A stretch of DNA of 64,000 nucleotides from a virus. The stretch covers positions 1-64,000 of the IMG/VR virus record IMGVR_UViG_3300042402_001861; one strand, given 5' to 3'. A program made the position numbers and the translations under genes. The notes under the pieces are model-generated. The model searched no databases and was not told the DNA's origin. It was given only the letters and a program-made list of their open reading frames with translations. Below, one piece after another: positions 8,922 to 17,513 of the stretch (the stretch's first letter is position 1; each line of letters begins with the position of its first letter).

Positions 8922-10766
8922 ATGCAGCATACCATTCATTTTCTTTCCGGCCTGCCTCGCAGCGGGTCAACCGTCCTCTCCTCCCTCCTCAATCAGCATC
9001 CACAGGTTCATTCCACTTCAACTAGTGGTCTGATCGACATCATGGGTGCCGTCTGCGTGGCATGGGAGCAATCGCCTTCAACCGTAGCACAGTCTGCCGA
9101 CAAGGAAGAGGCATATCGCCTTCTCCGCTCCGTTGCCGACAGCAAGTATGAAACCGTGTCCAAGCCGGTCATCATCGACAAGAGCCGTGGATGGGCAAAT
9201 CCGCAGATCATGGAAACGCTGACACAGGTTCTCGGAAAGCCGCCAAAGATCATTGCCACGGTCAGGAACCCCGCCGATTGCGCTGCATCGTTTGTCCGTG
9301 TTGCCAAACCAAAGGATGTTCCGAATTTCCTGCGCTCTTCTCAACTCATAGCGCATCTGAAGTCCTCGTATGCAATTCTCAACCAAGGCTACGAGAAGCA
9401 TCCAGAGAATTTCTGCTTCGTTGATTACGATGATCTCATCCAGTCTCCGCAGGCGCAGATGGATCGCATCATCAAGTTCCTTGGTCTTGAGCCACACAAA
9501 TTCGATTTCCACAACATCGACACCAAGGTAGTTGCAGAGAAGGATGATGAGGCATGGGGGATTCCGAATCTTCACACGATAGCCCCTCGCTTGGGCAAGC
9601 AGCATAATCAGGATGCAAGGACGGTTCTTGGCTTCAAATACGATGACTTTGATCCGCCCAAGTTCTGGAAGGGGGAAAATTTTGAAGCACCACGAAAGAA
9701 GAAGAAGATTGACATCTCGGTGGAACTTGCCATGCGTGGGGAATTCGACAAGTCCTACAAGATATTGTGTGAGGCACAGAAAGAGAATCCCGAGTGCAAC
9801 AAAATCGCATTCAACATGGGTTGGTATGCCTTGCGTCAGGATCGCTTGCAGGAAGGCATGGAAAACCTTGCCCGTGGACGGTTTGAGAATTGCTTTGGCA
9901 ATCCCAAGCCACCCGTGCCGACTCCTTTGTGGGATGGAAAAAGCATGGGAACAATTTTGTACAATCTTGAGGCTGGCCTAGGTGACCAGATTCATGCCCT
10001 GAAGTACATTCAAGACATCAATCGTCGTGGTTGTGATGTTATCGTTGCTTGTTCTCCCGAACTCTGCCCGTTGGTGAAAGTTTGCACGGGAGTCAAGATG
10101 ATCATAGACCATGCAGCGGCAGGAATGGTCTATCATGACTTCTGGGTTCCATCCATGTCCGTGCTGTTGCCCCTTGGTTATGAATACAAGGACATCAGCG
10201 GAAAGCCATACATCCCACGGACACGGCATCCTATCAACAAGCGTCCTGTGATAGGTGTGCGTTGGCAGGGAAACCCCAAGTTCGAACATGAACAGAACCG
10301 AAGATTCCCCCTCAAGCCTTTCTTTGATGCTCTTCGCAACATAGATGCGGATTTCATTTGCTTGCAGCGTGACGAAGGGGAGGAAGACTGTCCAGACTTC
10401 ATCAAAAAAGTTGCTCTCAATGATTGGGAACAGACACGGGATGCAATCTCAGGATGTGACTTAGTGATTTCCTCATGTACAAGCGTTGCCCATCTTGCGG
10501 GTGCAATGGGAGTTGAAACCTGGGTCGTGGTTCCTGTTCTCAATTATTACATTTGGAGCGTACCGGGGAACAAGACACCATTCTATGATTCGGTACGGCT
10601 ATTTCGTCAGCAGAAATTTGGCTGTTGGAAGGCTCCGACACAGGAAATTGCCGAGGCATTGGCTGCTAAATATCCGAGCATCAAGCCGCCATCGAAGGCT
10701 GCACCAAGAACAACAAAGGCAACAAGGAGAAATCACAATGCAGAAATATGTCAGAGTAGAGAATGA
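8922..10766 (+). CDS. Sulfotransferase-TPR-glycosyltransferase (GT9-like, GT-B fold) fusion
   Basis: N-terminal SGLPRSGST (PAPS 5'-phosphosulfate loop), DKSRGW and VRNP..CAAS; central helical TPR-like segment; EAGLGDQI and DLVISSCTSVAHLAGAMG motifs of TPR-GT9-like proteins. Confidence 0.8.
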   Translation: MQHTIHFLSGLPRSGSTVLSSLLNQHPQVHSTSTSGLIDIMGAVCVAWEQSPSTVAQSADKEEAYRLLRSVADSKYETVSKPVIIDKSRGWANPQIMETLTQVLGKPPKIIATVRNPADCAASFVRVAKPKDVPNFLRSSQLIAHLKSSYAILNQGYEKHPENFCFVDYDDLIQSPQAQMDRIIKFLGLEPHKFDFHNIDTKVVAEKDDEAWGIPNLHTIAPRLGKQHNQDARTVLGFKYDDFDPPKFWKGENFEAPRKKKKIDISVELAMRGEFDKSYKILCEAQKENPECNKIAFNMGWYALRQDRLQEGMENLARGRFENCFGNPKPPVPTPLWDGKSMGTILYNLEAGLGDQIHALKYIQDINRRGCDVIVACSPELCPLVKVCTGVKMIIDHAAAGMVYHDFWVPSMSVLLPLGYEYKDISGKPYIPRTRHPINKRPVIGVRWQGNPKFEHEQNRRFPLKPFFDALRNIDADFICLQRDEGEEDCPDFIKKVALNDWEQTRDAISGCDLVISSCTSVAHLAGAMGVETWVVVPVLNYYIWSVPGNKTPFYDSVRLFRQQKFGCWKAPTQEIAEALAAKYPSIKPPSKAAPRTTKATRRNHNAEICQSRE

Positions 10767-11163
10767 CCAAGTGGTTGAATGCCTTGACTATCTTCCCGGT
10801 ACACCGGGAGATTGGCGGGAGGCAATCGACATCACACCGACTCTTATACCTTTAAAGCAAATTTGTGGGCCACATCATTTCGATATCAGCAAGAATCCCG
10901 TAGAAATCGTGTGGAGCGTGATTGACTTGAATGAGCAGGAACGGAAGGAAACATTGATGAATATTCTGGTTAGTCCCTTGACCTTCAAAATGCAGCAAGA
11001 AATGCAAAAAGAATTCAACAATTCTTTAGAGGGAATTGGAATGGATGTTGATTTTGTTCGTTCGTTGACTGAACAAGTTCGGGCAATCAAGACAGAGATT
11101 GCTGCCCTGACCACTCACGAAGAAATTGATGCATACATCGCCGCCAAGGGAATCACTCCCTGA
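10738..11163 (+). CDS. Hypothetical protein, possible fibre assembly chaperone
   Basis: AAGGAG SD then ATG at 10738 (MQKYVRVEND); helical C-terminus. Confidence 0.6.
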   Translation: MQKYVRVENDQVVECLDYLPGTPGDWREAIDITPTLIPLKQICGPHHFDISKNPVEIVWSVIDLNEQERKETLMNILVSPLTFKMQQEMQKEFNNSLEGIGMDVDFVRSLTEQVRAIKTEIAALTTHEEIDAYIAAKGITP

Positions 11164-11193
11164 ACTGACTTTCACAATTAGTGGGGACAAGTC

Positions 11194-12006
11194 GTGAGAA
11201 TTGCTTTTACCATCATACATAATGGTCTTCATCACCTGAAGCACAACGATCAAGCGGAGAGAATCCTTTCGATGTGCGACAGGTGGGTGGTGGTGGAAGG
11301 AGCCGCCCGTTCCAAGGGCAGCACGACTTGGTGCAAGGAGTTTCCCGAAAGTCTCCATGAAAATGGAGCCAGCGTGGACGGGACATTGGATTACCTGAAC
11401 GATCTTTCGCAGAAGAACGACAGGCTGATCCTTGTCCCGTCCACCGGCTTCTGGGAATCCAAGGATCATCAGGTCAATCGGGCAATTGTGGAAGTCCGCA
11501 AGATCACGGATCGCTGTTTCCTGTGGGAGTTCGATGCCGACGAGCAATGGGATGCTGAGTCGATGGATGCAGCGGAAAAAGAACTTGTTGAAAAGAACGC
11601 CAAGGCAGGATGTTTTGCAGCAGATTGCTACATCGGCAGGAACCTGATGGCAATCGGAGATTGGGGCGAGGCAAGGACATACGGATACACCCGCCTGTGG
11701 AATTGGGAAGGCGAGAACTTCATCTGCCATGAGCCTCCCGTGCTTGAGGGGCTGATGGGGATCGATCCAACCATGCTGTCGCCTAGATTCAAGCACTACA
11801 ACTATCACTTTGAGAAGGATGTTGCATTCAAGGATGCATGGTATGGTGGTCATGAGGGAATCCTTGAAAGATGGAAGTTGATCAATTCCCTTGACAAGCG
11901 ATTCTTCCCAATGCACATCTCAAACCTCATCACGGGGCCGTGGGGCAAGTCCAACAGCGCAATAATATGGAACAATAGAAATGAAGAACATCCTCGTCAT
12001 TGGTGA
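11194..12006 (+). CDS. Glycosyltransferase, GT-A/GT2-like
   Basis: VVVEG...SVDGT and WEFDADEQW (DxD) motifs; GTG start. Confidence 0.7.
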   Translation: MRIAFTIIHNGLHHLKHNDQAERILSMCDRWVVVEGAARSKGSTTWCKEFPESLHENGASVDGTLDYLNDLSQKNDRLILVPSTGFWESKDHQVNRAIVEVRKITDRCFLWEFDADEQWDAESMDAAEKELVEKNAKAGCFAADCYIGRNLMAIGDWGEARTYGYTRLWNWEGENFICHEPPVLEGLMGIDPTMLSPRFKHYNYHFEKDVAFKDAWYGGHEGILERWKLINSLDKRFFPMHISNLITGPWGKSNSAIIWNNRNEEHPRHW

Positions 12007-12721
12007 CAGTTGCCGAGATATCTTTGTGTACTGCGATGCACATAGGCTATGCCCCGATGTTCCTGTTCCTGTGTTGAATGTCTCCTATCAAACAGAGAAC
12101 AAGGGAATGGCTTTGAATGTTCAGGAGAATATCAAGGCTCTTGGACAGCCTTGCGACATCTTCACAAATTCAAATTGGCACGATGTCACCAAGACTCGCT
12201 ATGTCCACGCAACAAGCAACCATGCTTTCTTCCGTGTTGACTCTGGCATCAAGCCAGAAAGAATGATGAATTGTCCTTCTCTTCTATACGGGATGATCGT
12301 GATCTCCGATTACAACAAGGGATTTCTCAAGGAAGAAGACATTGCAGCCATCTGTTCCATGCACGACAATGTATTCGTTGACACCAAGAAGCGACTTGGC
12401 CCATGGCTCAACCATGCCCGATACATCAAAATCAATGCATCCGAGTACATGGCATCCAAAGAATTCATCACGCCGGAACTGAAGGACAAGATCGTCGTTA
12501 CCCTCGGCAAGGATGGCTGCGAACACAGGGATCATATCTATCCCGTGCAGCAATCCGATGTCCGTGATGTCTCGGGAGCAGGAGACACCTTCCTCGCGGG
12601 ACTTTGCGTGAAGTACTTGCAGACAAGCGACATAGAGGAATCCATAATGTTTGCAAATCGTTGTGCGGCTTCTGTGGTGAAGCATCGTGGAGTCACGGTG
12701 GTTGATCCGAATGAAATCTGA
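11981..12721 (+). CDS. hldA: PfkB-family heptose-7-phosphate kinase (HldE kinase domain / HldA-like)
   Basis: ILVIGD...RLCPDVPVPV (compare RISPEAPVPV), ISDYNKG, DVSGAGDTF PfkB signature. Confidence 0.85.
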   Translation: MKNILVIGDSCRDIFVYCDAHRLCPDVPVPVLNVSYQTENKGMALNVQENIKALGQPCDIFTNSNWHDVTKTRYVHATSNHAFFRVDSGIKPERMMNCPSLLYGMIVISDYNKGFLKEEDIAAICSMHDNVFVDTKKRLGPWLNHARYIKINASEYMASKEFITPELKDKIVVTLGKDGCEHRDHIYPVQQSDVRDVSGAGDTFLAGLCVKYLQTSDIEESIMFANRCAASVVKHRGVTVVDPNEI

Positions 12722-13136
12722 AATCAACAAGATTGTACTCACCAACGGCGTGTTTGATGTCATTCACAGAAAGCACATCGAACTCCTGTCATTCTGTAAG
12801 GAGCAAGGTGACTATCTGATCGTGGCGATAGATTCGGATCGCAGGGTGAGAGAAACCAAGGGAAGCACTCGCCCAATCAACAGCGAGATGGACAGGAAGT
12901 TTGTTCTGAATTCCTTGAAATTTGTTGACGAAGTTCTTGTGTTTGACACGATCCAAGACCTTCGGCAATTGCACAAAGGGATTCGCCCAAACATCTATGT
13001 AAAGGGCGGTGACTGGCAGGAATCGTTTCTGCGTGAAACCGATGGTATACTTCCTGCCACCAAGGTCATCCTCTTTCCATACGAGAATTCCTATTCCTCC
13101 ACGAAGACCATAGAAAGAATGAGGCAATCGCAATGA
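12711..13136 (+). CDS. hldC: Heptose-1-phosphate nucleotidyltransferase (HldE domain II / HldC-like)
   Basis: TNGVFDVIHxxH, LIVAIDSD..VRETKG..RPIN...R, YVKGGDW, YSST..IER; ATG at 12711. Confidence 0.85.
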   Translation: MKSEINKIVLTNGVFDVIHRKHIELLSFCKEQGDYLIVAIDSDRRVRETKGSTRPINSEMDRKFVLNSLKFVDEVLVFDTIQDLRQLHKGIRPNIYVKGGDWQESFLRETDGILPATKVILFPYENSYSSTKTIERMRQSQ

Positions 13137-14044
13137 TCGTTGTTACCGGCGCATCTGGCTTCATAGGAAGCAGGATGGTTGCATATCTGAACACATTGGG
13201 CATCACGGACATAGCCGTAGTTGATGACTTTGAGGTCAATCACAGGCTCGGGTATGCAAGCAAGGCAAACTACGCCAACTTGCAGTCTTGTGAGTTTGGG
13301 ACCGTGCATCCAATCATCATGAGTAGGGATTCGATACTTCCTGTTGGTGACATTCAGGCAGTATTTCACTTTGGTGCCATCAGCAACACTCTCGAAAAGG
13401 ACACCTCAAGGCTCTACAACTACAATACCCGCTACACCTACATCCTTGGCGAGGCTTGCAAGGAGAGGGGCATTCCCCTGCTGTTCAGTTCAACCGCAGC
13501 AGTCTATGGCAACGGAAACGGTCCTCTGAACGACTATGCCAAGTCCAAGAGGATTTCCGAAAAAGATATATCTGCTCATGCCGTATGCTTCAGGCTTTTC
13601 AATGTGTATGGTCCCAACGAATCACACAAGGGCAGGATGGCATCGGTAATCCATCATTGGCACAACCAACTGACCAAGAACGGAATTCTTGAGATGTTTG
13701 AAGGTTCCCATGCGTACAAGCGTGACTTCATTTGGGTCAACGATGTGTGCCGAGTCTTTCATTCGGCATCGATCAACTACCAGCCGGGAATCTATGACTT
13801 GGGAAGCGGCAGGAGCGAAGCCCTTGACAAGGTTGCTAGAGTGGTGATTGCTGCTCATGGTGGCGGTGAAATCAAGGAGATACCGATGCCAAGCGACTTG
13901 GCGCTTCAGTATCAGACAAACACGCAGTCAGATATTGTTGCCATAAGAAACAATGGTTGGTGCGTAGACATGATGGGAATTGAGATGGGAATCCCCCTGT
14001 ACATCGAAAAGTTGAGGAACGCAAAATGGCAAGTCGCAAGTTGA
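13133..14044 (+). CDS. hldD: ADP-L-glycero-D-manno-heptose 6-epimerase
   Basis: MIVVTGASGFIGS, FHFGAISNT, SSTAAVYG, YAKSK, RLFNVYGPNESHKGRMASV, RDFIWVNDV. Confidence 0.9.
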   Translation: MIVVTGASGFIGSRMVAYLNTLGITDIAVVDDFEVNHRLGYASKANYANLQSCEFGTVHPIIMSRDSILPVGDIQAVFHFGAISNTLEKDTSRLYNYNTRYTYILGEACKERGIPLLFSSTAAVYGNGNGPLNDYAKSKRISEKDISAHAVCFRLFNVYGPNESHKGRMASVIHHWHNQLTKNGILEMFEGSHAYKRDFIWVNDVCRVFHSASINYQPGIYDLGSGRSEALDKVARVVIAAHGGGEIKEIPMPSDLALQYQTNTQSDIVAIRNNGWCVDMMGIEMGIPLYIEKLRNAKWQVAS

Positions 14045-14394
14045 AGAGCGAGATGGTGGAAAAAGGTTGGGGCAACGAGATCATCTTTGCCAACAACGGA
14101 AGATACTGCGGAAAGTTGCTGAACCTGAACGCAGGAAAGAAGTTCAGTATGCACTTTCACCTGATGAAGGACGAGACATGGTATGTCGCCAAGGGAAGCC
14201 TGATACTTCGTTGGATCGACACCTCGGATGGCAAGACGCATTGGGAGAAACTTGATGTGGGAGATGTAGTGAGGAACTTCTCGGGGTTTCCCCATCAACT
14301 TGAGGCAATAGAAGACTCAACGATATTTGAAGTTTCCACCCAACACTTCGACCACGACAGTTACCGTGTACTGCCCGGAGACAGCCAGAAGTGA
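14026..14394 (+). CDS. Cupin-fold sugar isomerase-like protein
   Basis: KGWGNE, FSMHFH..KDETWYV, PHQLEA cupin metal-binding motifs. Confidence 0.75.
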   Translation: MASRKLKSEMVEKGWGNEIIFANNGRYCGKLLNLNAGKKFSMHFHLMKDETWYVAKGSLILRWIDTSDGKTHWEKLDVGDVVRNFSGFPHQLEAIEDSTIFEVSTQHFDHDSYRVLPGDSQK

Positions 14395-14711
14395 GATACG
14401 CCTTCGACATCGACAATACATTGGTTTCCACGCAGGGTAGCGATTACCAAAATTCAACCCCGATACAACATCGAATTGATTCGGTGAATCGTCTTTACGA
14501 GGAAGGCCATACCATAATTCTTTTCACGGCAAGGGGTTCTGCATCAGGCAATGACTATACAGAATTCACCAAGCAGCAGATGGAGAAATTCGGAGTCAAG
14601 TATCATGTTCTCATCACGGGCAAGCCGGATGTAGATGTCTTCATAGATGACAAGGCAATGTCGGTTCGCGAGTGGGATCGAAAGCAAGGACGAATTGTTC
14701 TTCGCTTTTGA
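14391..14711 (+). CDS. Small capless HAD-family phosphatase
   Basis: FDIDNT (DxD), FTARG, GKP, FIDDKA. Confidence 0.8.
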   Translation: MRYAFDIDNTLVSTQGSDYQNSTPIQHRIDSVNRLYEEGHTIILFTARGSASGNDYTEFTKQQMEKFGVKYHVLITGKPDVDVFIDDKAMSVREWDRKQGRIVLRF

Positions 14712-14748
14712 AAATAGCAGAAATACTTATCCACAATCGACAAATCCC

Positions 14749-14777
14749 TTGCACGAATGAGTGTTTCTGCGTATCCT
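14749..14777 (+). promoter_or_regulatory. Sigma70-like promoter upstream of RNR (TTGCAC-17-TATCCT); late core TAAATA at 14784-14789
   Basis: Intergenic position and 17-nt spacer. Confidence 0.5.
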
Positions 14778-14823
14778 TTGGTCTAAATACACTCACCAAA
14801 CAAGACACAACAAGGAGAAGAAA

Positions 14824-16746
14824 ATGAGTGAACACGGACTTCCCACGCCTTACCAGCATTTCATCCATCTTTCAAGATATTCAAGATGGCTTGAATCGGA
14901 GAACCGCAGAGAGACATGGGAAGAAACGGTGGCTCGTTACTTCGACTTCTTTGACAAGCACCTTGGCAGCAAGATCACCAAGGAGCATCGCAAGGAACTT
15001 GAGACTGCCGTTCTGAACCTTGAGGTGATGCCTTCCATGCGGGCATTGATGACCGCCGGTCCTGCTCTTGAGCGTTGCAATGTAGCGGGATACAACTGTG
15101 CATTCGTGGCAGTCAATCGTGTCCGTGCTTTCGATGAAATCCTCTATGTGCTGATGTGTGGCACGGGAGTGGGCTTCAGCGTGGAGAATCGCTTCGTCTA
15201 CAAGTTGCCGACCGTTGCCGAGGAATTCTTCCCAAGCGACACCGTGATCGTGGTTGAGGATTCCAAGATCGGATGGGCAAAGGCATTCAAGGAACTCATC
15301 AGCCTGCTGATTGTAGGACAACTTCCCAAGTGGGATGTCTCCAAGGTCCGTTCCAAGGGTGCAAGACTCAAGACATTTGGTGGCCGTGCAAGCGGTCCCG
15401 ATCCGCTTGTCGAATTGTTCAAGTTCACATCCGACACCTTCCGTAAGGCAGCAGGCCGCAAGTTGACAACAATTGAATGCCATGACATCGTTTGCAAGAT
15501 CGCGGAGATCGTGGTGGTTGGTGGCGTTCGTCGCTCTGCATTGATCAGCCTGTCTGACCTCAACGATGAGCGGATGCGTAATGCCAAGGTTGGTCAATGG
15601 TGGGTGATCGATCCACAGAGGGCATTGGCAAACAACTCTGCCGTCTACCAAGAGAAGCCCGAGATCGGCACCTTCATGGACGAGTGGGTTTCTCTGTACA
15701 AGTCAAGGAGCGGTGAGCGTGGAATTTTCAATCGCGATGCAGCCAAGAAGCAAGTTTCGAAGTTGGGTGATCGTCGTGATCCAAACTTTGACTTTGGAAC
15801 AAACCCATGCTCGGAGATCATCCTGCGTGACCGTGAATTCTGCAACTTGTCCGAAGTGGTGATTCGCAGCACCGACAGCGTGAATGACCTGACTCGCAAG
15901 GTTCGTCTTGCTGCCATCCTTGGCACATGGCAGGCATCCCTGACCAACTTCCGCTACATCTCAAGCGAGTGGAAGAAGAACTGCGAGGAGGAGGCTTTGC
16001 TTGGGGTTTCGCTCACGGGAATCCTTGACAATTCCCTGCTGCGAAACTACAACAATCTTGATGGACTTCTTGAAACAATGAAGCAAGTCGCAGTCAAGAC
16101 AAACGCCGAATGGGCAAAGAAGATCGGCATCAACCCTGCCGCAGCCATCACTTGCGTCAAGCCTTCGGGAACTGTGTCTCAGTTGGTTGACGCTGCTTCA
16201 GGAATCCATGCCCGTCACAGCGAATACTACATTCGCACAGTCCGGGCAGACCGCAAGGATCCGCTGTGTCAGTTCATGATCGACCAAGGCTTCCCCGCAG
16301 AGCCTTGCGTGATGCGTCCTGACCATACGATGGTTTTCTCTTTCCCAATGAAGTCGCCAAAGGGTTCACCTACACGAAACGACATCACGGCCATTGAACA
16401 TCTTGAATTGTGGAAGATGTACCAAGACCATTGGTGTGAACATAAGCCTTCCATCACGATCACGGTTCGTGAGCATGAATGGCTTGATGTTGGTGCATGG
16501 GTCTACAATCACATTGACAGCATCTCGGGAATTTCGTTCCTACCTCACTCCGATCACAGTTATCAGCAGGCACCATACCAAGACTGCACCAAGGAGCAGT
16601 ACGAGGCCATGGTTGCCAAGATGCCGAAGAATGTCGATTGGAGCCTGCTGTCAAATTACGAGAAGGAAGACAATACCGCAGGGACGCAGACATTCGCATG
16701 TTCTGCGGGTTCGTGTGAGATTGTTGACTTAACACAAGCGAGTTGA
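14824..16746 (+). CDS. nrdJ: Class II (adenosylcobalamin-dependent) ribonucleotide reductase
   Basis: PSMRALMTAG, YNC, GGVRRSALI, TNPCSEI, FCNLSEV, TCVKPSGTVSQL, C-terminal CSAGSCE; AAGGAG SD before ATG at 14824; no beta-subunit gene adjacent. Confidence 0.92.
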   Translation: MSEHGLPTPYQHFIHLSRYSRWLESENRRETWEETVARYFDFFDKHLGSKITKEHRKELETAVLNLEVMPSMRALMTAGPALERCNVAGYNCAFVAVNRVRAFDEILYVLMCGTGVGFSVENRFVYKLPTVAEEFFPSDTVIVVEDSKIGWAKAFKELISLLIVGQLPKWDVSKVRSKGARLKTFGGRASGPDPLVELFKFTSDTFRKAAGRKLTTIECHDIVCKIAEIVVVGGVRRSALISLSDLNDERMRNAKVGQWWVIDPQRALANNSAVYQEKPEIGTFMDEWVSLYKSRSGERGIFNRDAAKKQVSKLGDRRDPNFDFGTNPCSEIILRDREFCNLSEVVIRSTDSVNDLTRKVRLAAILGTWQASLTNFRYISSEWKKNCEEEALLGVSLTGILDNSLLRNYNNLDGLLETMKQVAVKTNAEWAKKIGINPAAAITCVKPSGTVSQLVDAASGIHARHSEYYIRTVRADRKDPLCQFMIDQGFPAEPCVMRPDHTMVFSFPMKSPKGSPTRNDITAIEHLELWKMYQDHWCEHKPSITITVREHEWLDVGAWVYNHIDSISGISFLPHSDHSYQQAPYQDCTKEQYEAMVAKMPKNVDWSLLSNYEKEDNTAGTQTFACSAGSCEIVDLTQAS

Positions 16747-16761
16747 ATAAATACTCCTGCT

Positions 16762-17337
16762 GTGAAGATAGCAGGAATCGATTACTCACTCTGCTCCCCT
16801 GCCGTCACCGTTCATAGCGGTGACGGCTTTTCTTTGGAGCAATGCAAGTCCCACTTTCTGACGGACACGAAGAAACACGCCACCATGTACATGTCAACAG
16901 GACTGCATTGCCGTGGGTGGGACTATCCGCAATGGTCGATGCCTGAGTTTGGGCGAGGGGAAGATAGGTACGACAAGATATCCGATTGGACAATGAACCT
17001 TATCTCCGACTGCGATCTTGTCTACATTGAAGACTATGCCCTAGGTGCCAAGGGAAAGGTTTTTAACCTTGGCGAGAATTGTGGATTGTTGAAATGGAAA
17101 ATGTGGAAAGCGGGAATAGGCTTTCATCTCGTTGGTCCCACGGTAGTGAAGAAGTTCGCAAGTGGCAAGGGAAATGCCGACAAGGACAAGATGTATGAGG
17201 CATTCCTAAAAGAAACAGGGGCTGACATCCGAAAGGAAATCAGCCCCGAGTCCAAGAAGGTTACGAGTCCCGTGTCTGATATCGTGGACTCTTACTTTAT
17301 CTGCAAGTACGCTTACAGTTCGCTTGCAAGCATCTGA
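16762..17337 (+). CDS. RuvC-like Holliday junction resolvase/nuclease
   Basis: IAGIDYSL, IEDYA, GENCGLLK, VKKFASGKGNADK, DIVDSY acidic tetrad; TAAATA at 16748-16753. Confidence 0.8.
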   Translation: MKIAGIDYSLCSPAVTVHSGDGFSLEQCKSHFLTDTKKHATMYMSTGLHCRGWDYPQWSMPEFGRGEDRYDKISDWTMNLISDCDLVYIEDYALGAKGKVFNLGENCGLLKWKMWKAGIGFHLVGPTVVKKFASGKGNADKDKMYEAFLKETGADIRKEISPESKKVTSPVSDIVDSYFICKYAYSSLASI

Positions 17338-17513
17338 CTGCGTAAGCGCCTGTGCGCCCGTGTGCCCGTACACCCCCACTCGGGCGGGAGCGCACACGCC
17401 CATGCGCCCGTGTGCGTGAGGCGTTCGGTTTGATAGGGAATCTCCTCATGGACATCCCCCATGTCATCATCAAAATCGTCTTCTTGCGGACGGGTTCTTG
17501 GATCAGCGGCCAC
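17313..17513 (-). CDS. Possible small hypothetical protein (GTG start, acidic N-terminus)
   Basis: AAGGAG upstream of GTG at 17513; 3' half runs through a GC-rich structured element. Confidence 0.3.
   Translation of the reverse strand: MAADPRTRPQEDDFDDDMGDVHEEIPYQTERLTHTGAWACALPPEWGCTGTRAHRRLRSQMLASEL

Noticed and set aside
11026-11916. Long antisense or alternate-frame ORFs (also 33708-34589, 35542-36288, 46290-47129, 62798-63715)
   Set aside because: They shadow well-supported genes, lack SD or motifs, and are expected from codon bias.
14824-16746. Intein or intron in nrdJ (also checked the visible part of gp17)
   Set aside because: Motifs are contiguous at normal spacing; no splice-junction or homing-endonuclease motifs seen.
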